NCBI RefSeq assembly: GCF_037042905.1
Contig: NC_087250.1
Coordinates: 25,112,001-25,176,000, forward strand
Reading direction: 5' to 3'
Source: Lytechinus pictus
Taxonomy: Eukaryota
Length of the DNA stretch: 64,000 nucleotides
Shown here in pieces: positions 48,101 to 61,625 of this stretch. The notes below the pieces were generated by a model that worked only from the letters and a program-made list of their open reading frames with translations, was not told the DNA's origin and did not search any database. Every line of letters starts with the position of its first letter. Position 1 is the first letter of the stretch. A program made the translations under genes and the position numbers.

Positions 48101-50778
48101 TAAAACACACGCACACTGCAAACACAAGTGTTTCATGTGTAACAGTGGTGGTCTCGGAGCACGTGCAATGAACAAACTTGTATTGTATGGATCCAAATTG
48201 CACAATGGATGGATCCATATTTGCACGGATGATGAAGTCATTGTATAATGGCCTGAATGACTGATGACAAACAACCAATCAAATGACAATTAATAAAGAA
48301 TAACTTTTATATTGTTTTATTTTTCATAAAGCTGGACCATCAGCAGTAGATATGGACTTAGTAACAATCCATAGGAGTAGAAATAGATCAGCATTCTGAA
48401 GTTGGGTTTAATTCAAAGTTTGGCCTAAAGTTTTGGCCAAACTATGGATAGCCAATTGTGACATAAATCTATAAATTTACAATGTAACTTGAAAGTCTTT
48501 TGAAGTCTCAGGTACAGGTAATATTAAACCATGCCATTTTTTAGCCTGACTGGGCCACCATTTGTGGTCTTTTGCAGAATTTGGTGGCCCGACTCTCATT
48601 TTCGGTTGCCCTGGGCCACTGTTAATGCCGAGCCCTGCCATAGGAGTAGAAATAGATCAGCATTCTGAAGTCGGGTTTAATTCAAACTCTGGTCTAAAGT
48701 TTTGATCAAACTATGGATAGCCAATTGTGACATAAATCTATAAATGTACAGTGTAACTTGAAAGTCTTTTGAAGTCTCAGGTAATATTAAACCATGCCAT
48801 TTTATATGGTTTTGGACAGAAGAAAGATAAATTGATCACACTTACTCTAGTAAAGTTTCCCCCTCTTGTAAGGAGACTCAAGATCTCCTGCAGAGATAGG
48901 CTCCTGGAGGATCCCTCATCTTCTCCTTGTTGTCTCCTCTTATTACAGCTCCCTGTATATAATAAAATAATGACTGGTAAGGATTTAGAGAGGGGGGGGG
49001 GCAGCTTTAATAATAAATTGGGGGCTAAGGTCGGGTTATAGTATGCAGTTCTTAGAAATACTGTTCTCAGCACTACATATTTGTAGCATATTATTATCAT
49101 TATTATTATTTACATCATCATTATTATTATCATTTATATTATTATTATTATTTGTATTATCATTATTATTATTATTATTATTATTGTAAAGTATCATTAT
49201 CATCAGTATCATCATTATTACCGTTTTTTAACATAAAGCATATGATTCATAAAGTATGCAATGAATATCTATCATGAGTGTGAGTGAAATAAACAAAAAT
49301 GAAAGTAGCTGAAACTTCATCAGCTCCTATAAGTTTGTAAAGGCAAAAAAAAAAGCTGAAAATAAGTAGAATAAAATAGCTGAAACTAGCTAAAAAGATG
49401 AACATCGACAATCATGCACAAGTTGCAATCAATTGTAGATTGTAATCATTAGGCCCTACTTTTTTGTTGGAAACATTGTTCTTGACAATATGAAATGTTT
49501 TTTTTTTACTCTCTCAGAATACTTAAGTGCAGTGGTAAATAAGATATAACAGAGCTTGATTGATGATTTGAAAATTGAGGACTACTGGGTAATGTGAAAT
49601 GGTTAATGTGAACCTTCACATGACTGTCACTAGTGCTTCAACAAACTGTTCATATCAATATTCACATCTTTACAATACTAACACACATTGTAAAAGTATT
49701 ATTTCCCCAAAATATAGTTTAGATTTTAAAAAAAGAAAGATGGTAGATTGCTAAGGAACATTTACTTAATTCAAGGTAACTTTAATGATTTCTAAAAGGA
49801 GGATTAACCCATTGCCTGCTAGAAATATGTGGCCCTCATATTACAGAATTCAGCATTCAGCAGGTGCATCATTCACCTTTCATTTCTCCTTCTAAGCAGG
49901 TTTTGCTATTGCCTGTGAAATAGACAGAAGAAGAAAAAATGTTAATGCATTTGCAAAAAATAAGATATAATTTCTTGGGGATTTGGAAACAAAACTGTCA
50001 TTGTATAAATATTAAGAATCATCCATAATCTTCTATTGCAGTAATTTATCAAGGGGTTCTTGGAAATTTAAGCAAGTATGATTTGAAATAAGAAGTTCTA
50101 CATCTTGACATTCATTTGGGGAAGGCTAATCATAACATTGTTTAAGACGTTACGGACAAGGGAGCAGGAAACTATATCTGTTGGATATTAATTACTATCA
50201 TTATTCAGAAATGATTTTAACTTATACATTCGTGTATTTATTAAAATTTGTCACATGAGCAAAAGCATCCAGGATCAGGCATGAAATATCTTTCCTCCAA
50301 CTTGTAACTTAAAAAAGTCCAGATTACAAGATTTATTTTCCATATATCAGTCTTAAATGAGTCCTGTTAACTTAAGTCATCCTACATACAGGTATGAGTA
50401 CTGCACATATTGCATGATAAGCCAAAAGCTTCAGTCTCTATACAATCTGTTGTTCCGCTGAACTACATATAAGTAGGCTACTCTCCCTGGGAATGATAGA
50501 AAACTGCCAGAGATTGTTAAATGAATTCCCCAAAACTACTATTAACCCTCTCTAGAGTACACCTTCCCAAGAGTAAAAGAAAATCATGTTTATCATTTTA
50601 TTTTGTGTTAATTTCACAAACCTTTTGGCAGCACTCTATTTCTAAACTCTGCAATAAACTCTGGTTTGACCTTTGCCCTCTCATCACTGGCAAACATGAG
50701 CTGTTTGAGGGCACTATCCTCTATTAATGACTTATAACGACACGGAATGTGATCCCCAATGAAACTTGAATATTGCAT
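42106..50778 (-). CDS. Uncharacterised multi-exon gene (~450 aa, S/T/P-rich C-terminal half)
   Basis: Coding exons 50778-50622, 49912-49877, 48952-48846, 46420-45960, 45668-45308, 44296-44122, 42161-42106. All GT-AG and phase-consistent (1353 nt). Likely 5'UTR exons at ~51403-51297 and ~51800-51595. Start codon and last exon are less certain. Confidence 0.65.
42868..43428. mobile_element. Non-autonomous DNA transposon with CCCGGG termini and 8-bp TSD
   Basis: GAAACTAG|CCCGGGGGGGCCACTTCCATTGACGAGTGGATACCATGCGCGACCA ... TGGTCGCGCATGGTATCCACTCGTCAATGTAAGTGGCCCCCCCCCGGG|GAAACTAG. Confidence 0.85.
43440..44000. repeat. Purine-rich low-complexity / (GAAA)n tract
   Basis: Degenerate aaga/gaaa repeats. 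Confidence 0.85.
45308..45668 (-). CDS. Exon of the minus-strand gene (T/P-rich)
   Basis: ttcag| GGYTYRKLHDQRPRS...DFDQKI |gtaagc, phase 2 to 0. Confidence 0.7.
45960..46420 (-). CDS. Largest exon of the minus-strand gene
   Basis: ctcag| MFRGWKLCSLVHDKPILYGLPDDPKTRLRRSNSLYLSTYDDFP...TANY |gtaagt; GC-rich island in AT-rich intron. Confidence 0.75.
46752..47019. mobile_element. Tc1/mariner (pogo/Tigger-like) MITE
   Basis: TA|CAGTGAAACCTGT ... ACAGGTTTGACTG|TA with internal tandem tagacagg subrepeats. Confidence 0.75.
47845..48012. repeat. Large imperfect palindrome
   Basis: Centred on atccattcaacaag-cctacgc-cttgttgaatggat; arms extend to aatgaatgttc / gaacattcatt. Confidence 0.7.
48369..48803. 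repeat. Direct duplication of ~170 bp (48369-48540 / 48638-48803)
   Basis: ccataggagtagaaatagatcagcattctgaagt...aatattaaaccatgccatttt occurs twice. Confidence 0.85.
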
Positions 50779-51799
50779 GATGGTCTTGGGCTGCATGTTG
50801 AGAGAATTCAAGAGTGGAAAAATATAAAATGGAAAGCAATTGGGGATAAAATAAATTCAAATCAAATCGATTCAAAGACAAGATAGAGAAAATTATTTTC
50901 TACACTTTACAATCAATATCTTAGTAAAGTACAATTGCAAGTAGAGTCGAGGCCTATTTAGCTGGTCTGACCTTAATGCTCGTGCGCCCATCAGGGTAGC
51001 CGTGCTAAAGCCGGGGTATTAGTATGCAGCGCTTAGAAACATTTGTATTAAGCACTATATAAATGTTGCATATTATTAAAATTATAAAAAGCTCAGGTGT
51101 TGCTTAAATCTAAATGTGTCCTAGGCCTATATTAATTGTCTAATGTTAGAGGTGAATAAATTTTTCTTTCCACACGTACACTTCAATTAGGAGATATGTA
51201 ACTAGACTAAGTATGTCTATGACATTGTTAAACATAAACTAAATAAAATAGTCTAGACTAGATCTATATATCTATCTAGGCTTAGGCCTAACGTACTTAG
51301 AGGTAAGGACTCCATTGGAAATAAGCCATCTCGGCTTTCATGGGTAATCCTGTCGAGGTATACACTTCTGTTTATAATTTCCTTGTACTTGTAACATAGT
51401 TACCTGACAAATAAAATCAATCAATCAAAACTCCAGGAGGAAAACCAGTAAGATCAGTTATTTATTTATTTTTACTGGTTTCCAGGAGATTTGTAATGGT
51501 TTCCAAAACATTCTACTCCTGGGCCACAAATTGGACCAGTAAAAATAAAACACAACGTTAAATTAGGCCCCTAAACAACGAAGATTTTTCTCACCAATCT
51601 AATTTAGATTCCTATTTTGTCCAACTCAAACAAAAACTAAGTTTGTTCCTTGGTGCACTGCTTGATATCGGCCCTTTTTTTGCTCTAGGAAATCCAAGAA
51701 AGTCCCGAAAAGAGTTATTGTGTCGATCAACTTCAGACTCAGTTTTCGATCAGCTGTTTTCATGTTTTTGTTGAACTTAACTTGCAAACTATTACGACA

Positions 51800-52473
51800 C
51801 AATATACACCCAAAGCGCGCGACCTCACGTGAACTTGCCCTCTTGTCATGTCAATAGTGACTATCAAGAGCCAATGAGATTTCTTCTTAGACGGGGAAAG
51901 TTTTGCCATTGAAATTTATTCACATATTTCTTCACGATTCAGCCAATGAAAGTGGGCGTAACATTTGTCGCTCCGATAATATCATTTGGACTGGTGAATT
52001 ATCGTGAGGGGTGTAAGCATCGTCGTACGAGCGTAGGGATTTTACGGGTAAATGCTGCCCTGGTACCGGTAATGCAACTCTATGGAGTTTGTGTAGAATC
52101 CGTATGCAAGTCGAAGTTCGTCGGCATATTGAGGGCGAGAACGGATCATCTTGGAAGGAGAGATGTCGGATCGGGATAGTACGGAGGATCAGCCCCAGGG
52201 CCAAGGTAAAACACACTTTCTCATTAAAATTTACCATTAGATTAGATTTTCAGCATATCATGTTCCTTCCGTGATTGTTTCCATGTTTGTCATTGACATT
52301 TTCTACCGGCATTTTCCGCCGTAAACTTCGTTCCGAGATCGACCCGCATACATTTCCGTACATTACGAGCTCTAAACAAAATGGCTGAATGGGGAATTTT
52401 GCGAGCCGGTATACGTTGGAAATTCGTATAAAATTCATGAATTCAGAGACCTGACAATACAAGGCGCTGTCAG
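51800..52473. promoter_or_regulatory. CpG-rich, CCAAT-box promoter, probably bidirectional
   Basis: gagccaatgag (~51868), cagccaatgaaagtgggcgt (~51940); minus-strand donor at 51595; plus-strand donors cag|gtacat (52473) and gaa|gtaagt (53214). Confidence 0.5.
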
Positions 52474-55400
52474 GTACATGAAGAAGAGATGTTGAAGAAA
52501 AGAAATACGATACTAATTAAAATAATTTAGGCCGAAATAAGTCTAAATTTCATTGGTGATTGTGGGGTGTTGTTTGCTGGCTGTTTTCTGATTGCACACA
52601 AATCTAAGTAGCCTAATGGCCATTGCAATGCAATTTACTGCTACTTTTGCTAGGCCAGCAGTGATCATTGACGACGTGAAAAAGTGCATGTCCCTGTTCA
52701 TGTCTTTGACTCGTGGAGTTTGATCTAACTTTAGATCTAATAATGTAGAGTCGAAAGTAGTGATGAGAGTAGAGTGATACAGCGTCTATTTCATTTGGTA
52801 CGGATTCCAGACCAGAGTCAGATTGCAAGAAAAACGGAAAGAAACTTTTAAAACTGAAGTAAAACTAAAAGCTGGTCTATCAAAGATAGCCAGAGTGAGA
52901 GAGACTAACGTTAAATAACGAGAATGAGACTTCTTAGTGCTATACCCATCGACGGCTAGGCATTCACATGGAACACTCGGTGACATGATTTAGACCCCCT
53001 CTATGTGAATTCTGAGCCACGTAACACATAGTCATAGACCAAAAGCTTCGGTCTCTGTTTTATTGGTTGTTCCGCTAAACTCCGTCTCCGTTGGCTCCAC
53101 TCACCAATTACAGAGACCGAAGTTCTAACTCGATCTGTACAGGGACTCAATGGCCATATGTTTTATGTATTAAGTTTGGATAGACCAGGAAGTGGGAGTT
53201 GCGCGACAGCCGAAGTAAGTCACTATTTTTCCCCCTTTTAAGTTTATTTTTTCCTGTTTTGGTGCATTTCAGGCAAAAAAGAATAATTATCTTTATTTTG
53301 GCCCAGTTCTTTTTATATGTTTTTATGAAATAAAGACAAAAATCGATGAGCCCCGTCGGGGGGATTTTGCATTGTTAACCCCGTAATGGTGGCTGCACGA
53401 TCGCGAGCCGTCCGTGTACGGGGAGAAATAAAAAAAAATGTCTACATTTAAAACACATAGCTTTGGTTATAGATTAGATCTAAGTAAATCGTTATATTAA
53501 TGAAGTGGCCTATCCAAGATCATCGTTGCATGCGTATTTTGCTTGGTAGACTGAGGACAATCCAATCAGTATTCTTTCAAATTATGCCGTAGTAATCTTG
53601 AACTTTTGTCTAACGGGGTCCAAAAGAACTTGATGCCTGCACCAAAGACGGATAACTCGAAAGGCGACGCTCGTTACGCTAAAGTGCGCTTTCGCCCCGC
53701 CCAGTTTTCCACGAACTCACTAGGATCAGAGTGGCTGCAAGCCAGCGGCTGCAAGGGACACTGGTTGTTTTTCTTTCGTTGAGACCGATGCAACTAGGGC
53801 CTCGAAAGATTTAGAAAAAGATTTTGTGACAGTGACATTAAAAAATAGAAGTCCTCAACATTCCATATTGTGGGATTTGTAGAGCAGGGGACCATTTCAT
53901 AAAACTTGATTTGATAACAAATTTGCATTAACAGTTAAAAGCTACCGAATTCCTTCAATCTGATTGGCTGATACTTTTGTTATAGAAATTGTGCATTTGT
54001 TATTACTATTAGTGTTTGTGAAATGGGACTCAGTGCCGTTTTACTGGACACCTTGAATATTGCCCAACGTACACACCAATGCTGGTGTCAATTGAACACG
54101 GTGATGTGCCGTGATAGCAGTCATAGACGACGGCACTGGGTCTCATTTTCTCACTAATTTCTCCTGTCGATTTTCTGCGACCCTCCACACATGCTCATCC
54201 TTTGCCCTTTTTCTATCATTTTTTTCATCAAAGGCAAGCACTTCATTTTCATCAACACTTTGTTGTTTCCCCCTTGTATTTTTTTGTCTTTGTATTTTCT
54301 ATTTTGTTTTCTTTTTGTTTGTTTGTTTCCTCTTTACTGGGCTCTGAACCACTAAAGATCTACATAAAATAAAGCCAGTCCATACTCGAAGCCTGGTTTT
54401 GTACGTTATTTTACTGTATTTTCATTTCAGTTTCATTTAATACTTTGTATTTGTGTTCTTTCTTGTCATTAGTATTACTGTATGTAATTTCATATTTACA
54501 TGTATACAGGGTGTACAGATGTTATTTTGATCGAGTGAAATAAAAGGAATTGACTAGGAAGACCAGTTTCTATCTCGCTGGTGTTATACTGTAAGAAACT
54601 ACGTTTAGCTCCAGTGGTTACTGGTCACCTTCATCTAAAGGAGATGCATTTAAAAAGTTGTAAAAAAGGAAAAACTTTTCAAAACATCCAGCTTTCTGTT
54701 TAGAATGGGAGAAATCCTAATGATGCTTTATTGTAGATTCTAGAAAAGGGTTTACTTTCAAAGAGGTTGATTATTTAACGTGTTTACCCCTTATGTTGTC
54801 AAAGCAAAGTTTTGACAGATCAAAATGCCTCAAACTACATTACAGCAAAAGTATGCAAGTGACAGATTTAGTTGACTCATCATCATAATCTATCCTCATA
54901 GAATACTGTATGTAGTTCCAGAGTGACCTATTTTTTGTTCTTTTTGAGCGGCACATAGGTATTATGTTATAATTTGAGTACCCCCCCCCCCTGATGGTAT
55001 TACCCCGGGATATGCATCCTCTGTACTCTGCAGGGCATAACTGTTAAAAAAGGAATTGGACAGGTAGATCTGCAGAGACAAGTGATTCAATAAATTCCCG
55101 ACATCAAGCACAAATGATTGGGAGGGGGGAGGGGTAATAAAGCATTTGGGTCTTAATTAACCAAAGGCTTTGAAGGCAATGGCTGTGGATGCCGTATTGA
55201 TAGGCACCAAAGGCCCTTGGGTTATTTTTTTTGGTGGGGGGGGGGGGGTCGGGCAAAAGAGGCACAGTCATTGCCCCATCCCCCTTTGAGGAAATCTTTT
55301 TAAAACTTTATCAGAAATTCTTTGATTAGATGATGCAGTGGTAGTGACTTGTGACCTTTTTTTTTTTGCTCCTTAATCCCCCCTTCTCAATTTGTAAATT

Positions 55401-58124
55401 ATGCATCTGCCTTTGCTTTTGAATTTTAAGGACTTCATGAAGCCATTCATTGTATTTCATAAAGCCGTTCAAGGCGTTCATTATAAAAGGACAAGTCCTC
55501 CTATAAAACAAAAAGTTGATTCGAATAAAAAGAGAAAAATCCAGAAAGCATAACACTGAAAATCTCATCAAAAGTTATGACATGACCAATGATCCTTTCT
55601 TAATAGATGAGCACTATATTAATGAAATTGCTTGTAATACCACAGGAAAGGATCACCCATTGTTCTTAAAGTTGCTGGTCAGCTTTTCACCTGCCTTGAT
55701 TATATAGGGCCAGAAACAGATTTGAGTTTTTTTTTGTATGTGTACATGTACAGTGTAGTTGATGATAATAATTTTTACTGTAAAAATACATTTTCTTTTC
55801 AAAAAATTATTTTGACTGAAATTTGCGAATTTGCCTATGCCAGGAAATATATTGGTTTTATCCCAGTTGGGCTTATTCTCTGTGATAGTAGTCTGCGTTC
55901 ATGGAGCGGGGATGGAATGGGGATGGGGGCACCCTTCAAGTTTGTACATGTATGTAGACCTGTGTCCAGTTATAACCGTCCATGGCATCGTGGCGATCAA
56001 CATAAATATTTATTTTATTTTAGACAGTTGATTCTATTCTTTTCTGATTTTGTTGGATGAAGCTTCAAAACTTTTTATGCAAATATTTATTCAATAAAAA
56101 ACATGTTACCATAATCTTATTGTTCTATATTGGGCTTTGTGAAGTGTTTCTTTAAATTTGATGAACTTCATTATTTATGCAAATTTATTCAAAATCAACA
56201 AAAATGCAAGATATGGATTCCTCTTGAGTCTTTTTCTCCTATTACTATTATATATTGTTGTTATAATTATCATAGACAGACTGGTTCAGAAAATTAAAGC
56301 CTCATCTGAGCCTTACATGACCACCTCCCCCCCCCCCCGGAGTTGTCTTGAAAGGGTGTATTAATTTAATTCCCCTCCCTCAACCCACCCTTTTGAGAAC
56401 CCCCGCCCCTCCCCCAGTTGTCTTGAAAGGATGTGGCTACCCCCACTCCACTCCTGCTCTGCAAATTATGCAGACTGTGGTCTCAAGCCTGTGGCCCTAA
56501 CATTTACAAAAATGTTGAATTAGTTGAACCATGGACCTATTACAAGGTCCATGGTTGAACACTAAAAATGTCCTGTCTCTCTCATGTGACACATACATGT
56601 ATATGTACAGTGTATTGATAATTCCTTTTTGTTTCACAAGTTTTGCAAGGCCTAGGGATTCCCCATCCTAGCCTGTATGGTTTCAGTACTGTGGGTGGTG
56701 TGCTATTTATATCTCGGTTGCGAAGGCAATCTGTTGGCAGTGCACTGCCATAATGATGGCTGAGAATGTAGGTTTACCGGAGTCTATTGTAAACTGTGTG
56801 GCTATCTATCTAAAGTCCAGTTTAACTTTGTAGACCATGGTCTAACTCTGTGTACTGTACATGTCAATTATGGCAAGCATATTTTTCTTTAAAAGTCTTT
56901 TATTTTGGCGTTACATTATAGTCTTTAATAATTTATAAACTGGCCCTTTTGTGTTCTCTTCTTTACAGTTTGTTTGTCTCAACTTTGTACATGTACACTT
57001 GTTATACTCATGTTTGTTATGTTTGTATTTTTTTTGTAGGGCCTCCAAGGACAAAAGTATGTACCAATTACTGATGGAGCCACCCTACTAAAAAAAAGAC
57101 TTATACCGTAAATTAATGGATGGATGGATGGAGATGGATGGATGGATGGATGAATGAATAAATTGATAAATGAATAAACAAATAAATAAATAGATTTGTT
57201 TACTGTCTTCTTTCCTCATTCTAAAGTTGAAGACAACTGTCTTTTATCCTTCCCAGAGAATACTGGGGTAATGAATGATTTGAGTGTCGTACATAAAGCT
57301 GATAATCGATCCTGTACATTATGTGTATGTAATTGAGTTTTTTCAGGTCTCTGCTTATCAAATATACGTATGGGATGGACCTTGAAAGGTCGCCATCTGA
57401 AAGACTTGACAAGGGTTTGAACCTCAAACCTCTGAATCAATTCGTAACTTCCCCTCGTACATTGTAGCTTGTATTACAACCGCTCATCAGAAAGTGTGTT
57501 TGATTAAGTGCAGGTTTTTTTTGCCAGATTAATGGTTTTAATACACATCTGCATTTTGTACTTTAATACACATCTGCATTTTGTACAGTATTTAAACAGG
57601 AAATGAATAGGCCTACATTATATAAATTCCACATACAACTGCAAGCTACAATGTGCTACATGTACACGTATGATGGACTTGTCTGCTGTAGTGGTGATAT
57701 GGAGATTTTACAGCATCAGGGATATGGATGGCATGTACTAGATGTCAACATTGTGCCTTGATATTGCGCAATATCCTAAGCAATGTACATGGAGGCCTCA
57801 ACATCAAACATCAACATAGTTTATATTTATTCATCATGAACTGTATTGTTCTTGTTTCATGTTGATCATTTGGAAAAACTTATTTTAACACTGTAAAAAA
57901 GAAGGTAGAAATTGTTTTTATTTTTAGGCTGCTCGGGGTTATTTTTTCACATTGGGGCAATTCTTGAAGGGGGGGGGGTGTTTCATTTTTTAACCTAGTC
58001 TTTTTTGCATAACATTAACAAGCAATGTAATGTACATGCAATCATTTTTTTTAACCCACTGTATACTGTATAATATTGATTATCTTAATGTTGTCGAATA
58101 TTGTTTGTGGCAGATCTTGGGATG

Positions 58125-58505
58125 GTAAATTGCCAATTCGTCTACTCAGCACATGGTCTACCTTCATATAGTCTAATGCCAATACTTTAATCAACATTTC
58201 ATCTAGCAACCATTTGGTCCAATAACCATTTGGTCCAATCATCAGTACTTCGTCTAATCACCAGTTCGTCTTTTTCCATTTCGTCTAATAACCAGTTGGT
58301 CTAATACCCATTTTATTTTCATTCATTGCACAATTAACACTTAACATGTAGTTTAATTAGACCAAATGGTATATGGACTAAATGGCTATTGGACCAACTG
58401 GTTATTAGACGGAACGGCATTAGACTAAATGAAAGTAGACCATGTGGTGAGTTAAAACGAACTGATTTTTAGACCAAATTATAGTAGACGAGTTGGCAAT
58501 TGGAG
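58125..58505. mobile_element. Palindromic subrepeat MITE (same family as 36553-36920)
   Basis: ttgccaattcgtctact ... agtagacgagttggcaa. Confidence 0.7.
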
Positions 58506-58920
58506 GAATTGACAGAAGAATTGGAAATAAACCTCTTGGGACAACTCTAGAATAGGTGATCATTCCTTTTAGGGAAGTTTTGGGGCGATTCGGAGTGTGA
58601 TGTGGGCAAAATCACCCATTGCCCTCATGTAATTCCTACAGGTGCTGGTTAATGGTCATACTTTGGTTTGTGATCCAATAGTGATTTGGAAGGGGTACAG
58701 TAGAAATTGCAATGCGCTTTCAGAACTGGTCTTATTGAAATCAACAAAACAATTTACAATATTGTCAAGAGTCACTTTTGAGCATGAACAGAAATTAAGA
58801 TTGAAGGACTACACACAAATGGTGTGTATGACTTAGTCAGTTGATTGTTGTTTTAATACAGCACTTTTTTAAAGTAATAAATAAAGGCATTTGATAGGCA
58901 AAAAAAAAAAAACACTCCAG

Positions 58921-59082
58921 GTGGGTGTTTCATAAAGCTGTTCGTAAGTTAAGAGCGACTTTAAGAACGACTGGTGATCCTTTCTTGTGGTAAATGGTAT
59001 ATTCACTGGCGATGGTTTAGCGCATTAGAAATGATCACCAGTCGCTCTTATCTTTATACGAACAGCTTTATGAAACGGCCCC
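58921..59082. mobile_element. Harbinger-type MITE
   Basis: cag|GTGGGTGTTTCATAAAGCTG ... CAGCTTTATGAAACGGCCCC|ctg. Confidence 0.8.
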
Positions 59083-59679
59083 CTGAGCTACATAAACACT
59101 TTTCGACCACACCGGCAAAAAATAAAAATGCTTCATTTCAGGGGCGCTTTTTTATCGTGATAGCATAGACCACCCCCCTCCCATCTGAAATCCATATTTC
59201 AGACCTTAACAGTTTTCATAGAATTTTTTGAAAAGTGATTTGCTAACATTGATTTGAATTTTAAAAATCTCGAGCTAGAAGGTCACACTTGTCACCTGTG
59301 TCTGTGATATTTTACAAAAATTAAGCCTAGAAAAAAATCCATCCAAAAATCATTATTTACACATGTAGTTCTTCAAAAAGTGAATTTATATAAAGTGACC
59401 AGAAACACCATCTTAATTTCATCCCATACACTTATGTGTTCTATTTAAGCGTCATCAAGACGTCTAATTACAAAACTAGGGTTTGCCTTGTATTTTTAGC
59501 TTTTCATTCTCAATAATGGTTGTTTTCAGAGTTTTTTTAGTTCTAATACATGTACTTGTACACATGTTTCATCTTGGTTTGATAATTTTTTTAATCGGCT
59601 GCTCACAAAGTTTAATAATACCTTTGAATACATTATAGATTTGAATAAAAAAAACATCTTCAGCAGCTACAGTAGTTAA

Positions 59680-60260
59680 AGGAGAATGAAACCCTTGAAA
59701 CCAGCTGAATCCATATCAAAGAGAAAAATCAAAGAAACATATTGTTGAAAGTTTGAGGAAGATTGAATGAATAATTAAAAAGTTATGAGCATTTGAATAT
59801 TGAGATCACTAATGCCATGTAGATCCTCCCATTGGCAATGCGACCAAGATCTGTGATGTCACACACGTACAACTCCCTCGTTACTTTAGTACTTATATTC
59901 TCACTTTTATAGAGTCTATCACAAGGTGAGGTGTTCTTTTTATGAGAGGACAAGTACAGAGGTTTCACAACATTATATCATTGATGAATCATTTGTCATA
60001 TGATTTATAGAATGAGCAAAAAGAGATGTTTTGGGGTATATTTTCAGTGTCCAAAAGGGGAGAGTTGTTCATCTGTGACATCATAGATCTTGGTCGCATT
60101 GCCAATGGGAGGATCTCCATGTAGCATTAGTGATCTCGACATTCGAATGCTCAATAACTCTTCTATTGCTAGTCCTATTTTACTCAAACTTTTGTTGATC
60201 TTATTCTTTGATTTTTCTGCTTTTACAAAAGCTAACTTGCTCCAAGAGTTTCATTCTCCT
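59680..60260. mobile_element. Kolobok/T2-like palindromic MITE
   Basis: TTAA|AGGAGAATGAAAC ... GTTTCATTCTCCT|TTAA with long inverted arms (cattggcaatgcgaccaagatct / agatcttggtcgcattgccaatg). Confidence 0.8.
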
Positions 60261-61625
60261 TTAAAGCCACAGCCTTCATTCTATAATACTACACGTACGT
60301 ACGTTGAATGAGTGCATACTATTGTGCACAAGTACTACACATGTAGGCCTCATACCTTTTTATTGTTGGCATGAATCATGGCATGAAAGATTCTATAATT
60401 TGATTTATGTGGGGGCCTACTGATAAAAAAATGGGTCTGTTTTGAAAAAGAAAGTTTGTACCATATCTAGTTTATTGTTCTGTGCATGGACTACATGTAT
60501 GCATTTTTGTGTTTAGTTATAAGAGCTATTGATGATGTGTACCCCCCAAACCCAAACACCCTCTCTCTCTCTCTCTAAAAATAAGTCGCAATTACAGTAG
60601 GACGTAACAACTTTCTATTCTTCTTTCGATCTTTTTCATTTATACTATATTTTTTTTAAACATCTGTATTAAACTGTACAAATTAGCAGAAAAAGGAAAG
60701 AATCTAACACATTTGAACAATTTGGCCTAGAAGTTAAATAGAATCAGTTTAACTAAATCTTTGACTAAATGAAATATTTAATTGCCAAGTGTTTTTTTAT
60801 AAATGGGATTAAATGAACTTTGATATTGACTGGTATTCGCTCCCTTTAATGGGTCATTAATAAGTACCTGTACTGTAATTCATGATTAGACATATATGTA
60901 CCAAACAATTCACTACAGACTGGAAATTTCTGAAATTATTTTGAGAATGGAAAAATTCTGAAAGTCAAAGAAATATTGTGATTTAACAGTGTACATAATT
61001 AAAAAAAAAGGAAAAATAAATACCCAATATGAGGAAGGCATGAACAATACTCTCCTAGAAGTCTCCTTTATGACTCTGAAGTTCCAAACGAGTGTCATAA
61101 TTTATGAACCTATATTTTAATAATATGGAAATTCAATTCAATAAAAAGTAAAATTGGATTTTAAAATGTGGATGAATATCATAAATCATATAATATATAT
61201 GTTCTCATTATTGTATAAAATAACTTCATCATAAGTCAGTGGAACTTAGAAGCGATACTGTATTGTTAGTTTGCAAAGCTATGTCGATTGCCATGATAAG
61301 TTTATTTTTAGAGTCACATTCTATACACTTCAAGTGCTATTGATAAATGGAGTAAAAAGGAAGTGTACAATTTATAGTATCTGTTTCCATGCAGCCTTTT
61401 CTTTTACTGTATGCCTACATCACATGTATATATTTTCCTCTTGTGATAGCAGGCTTGTTAAAGGGTTATAAATAGCTTTAATCGGGACGTGTGCCAAGAC
61501 TTCTTCTTTTTCCATTCATATTTTCATTCCCTGTTATATACTGTAGTATCCCTTATGATTTGGGAGAAATGGTTTTAGAATCATTAATTTTTTGTTTGCC
61601 TTTAAAAGACACCCTTATTTGAGGA

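Noticed and set aside
51391..51403. RFX X-box (gtaacatagttac) for a ciliary gene
   Set aside because: Imperfect match that overlaps a splice acceptor; insufficient support
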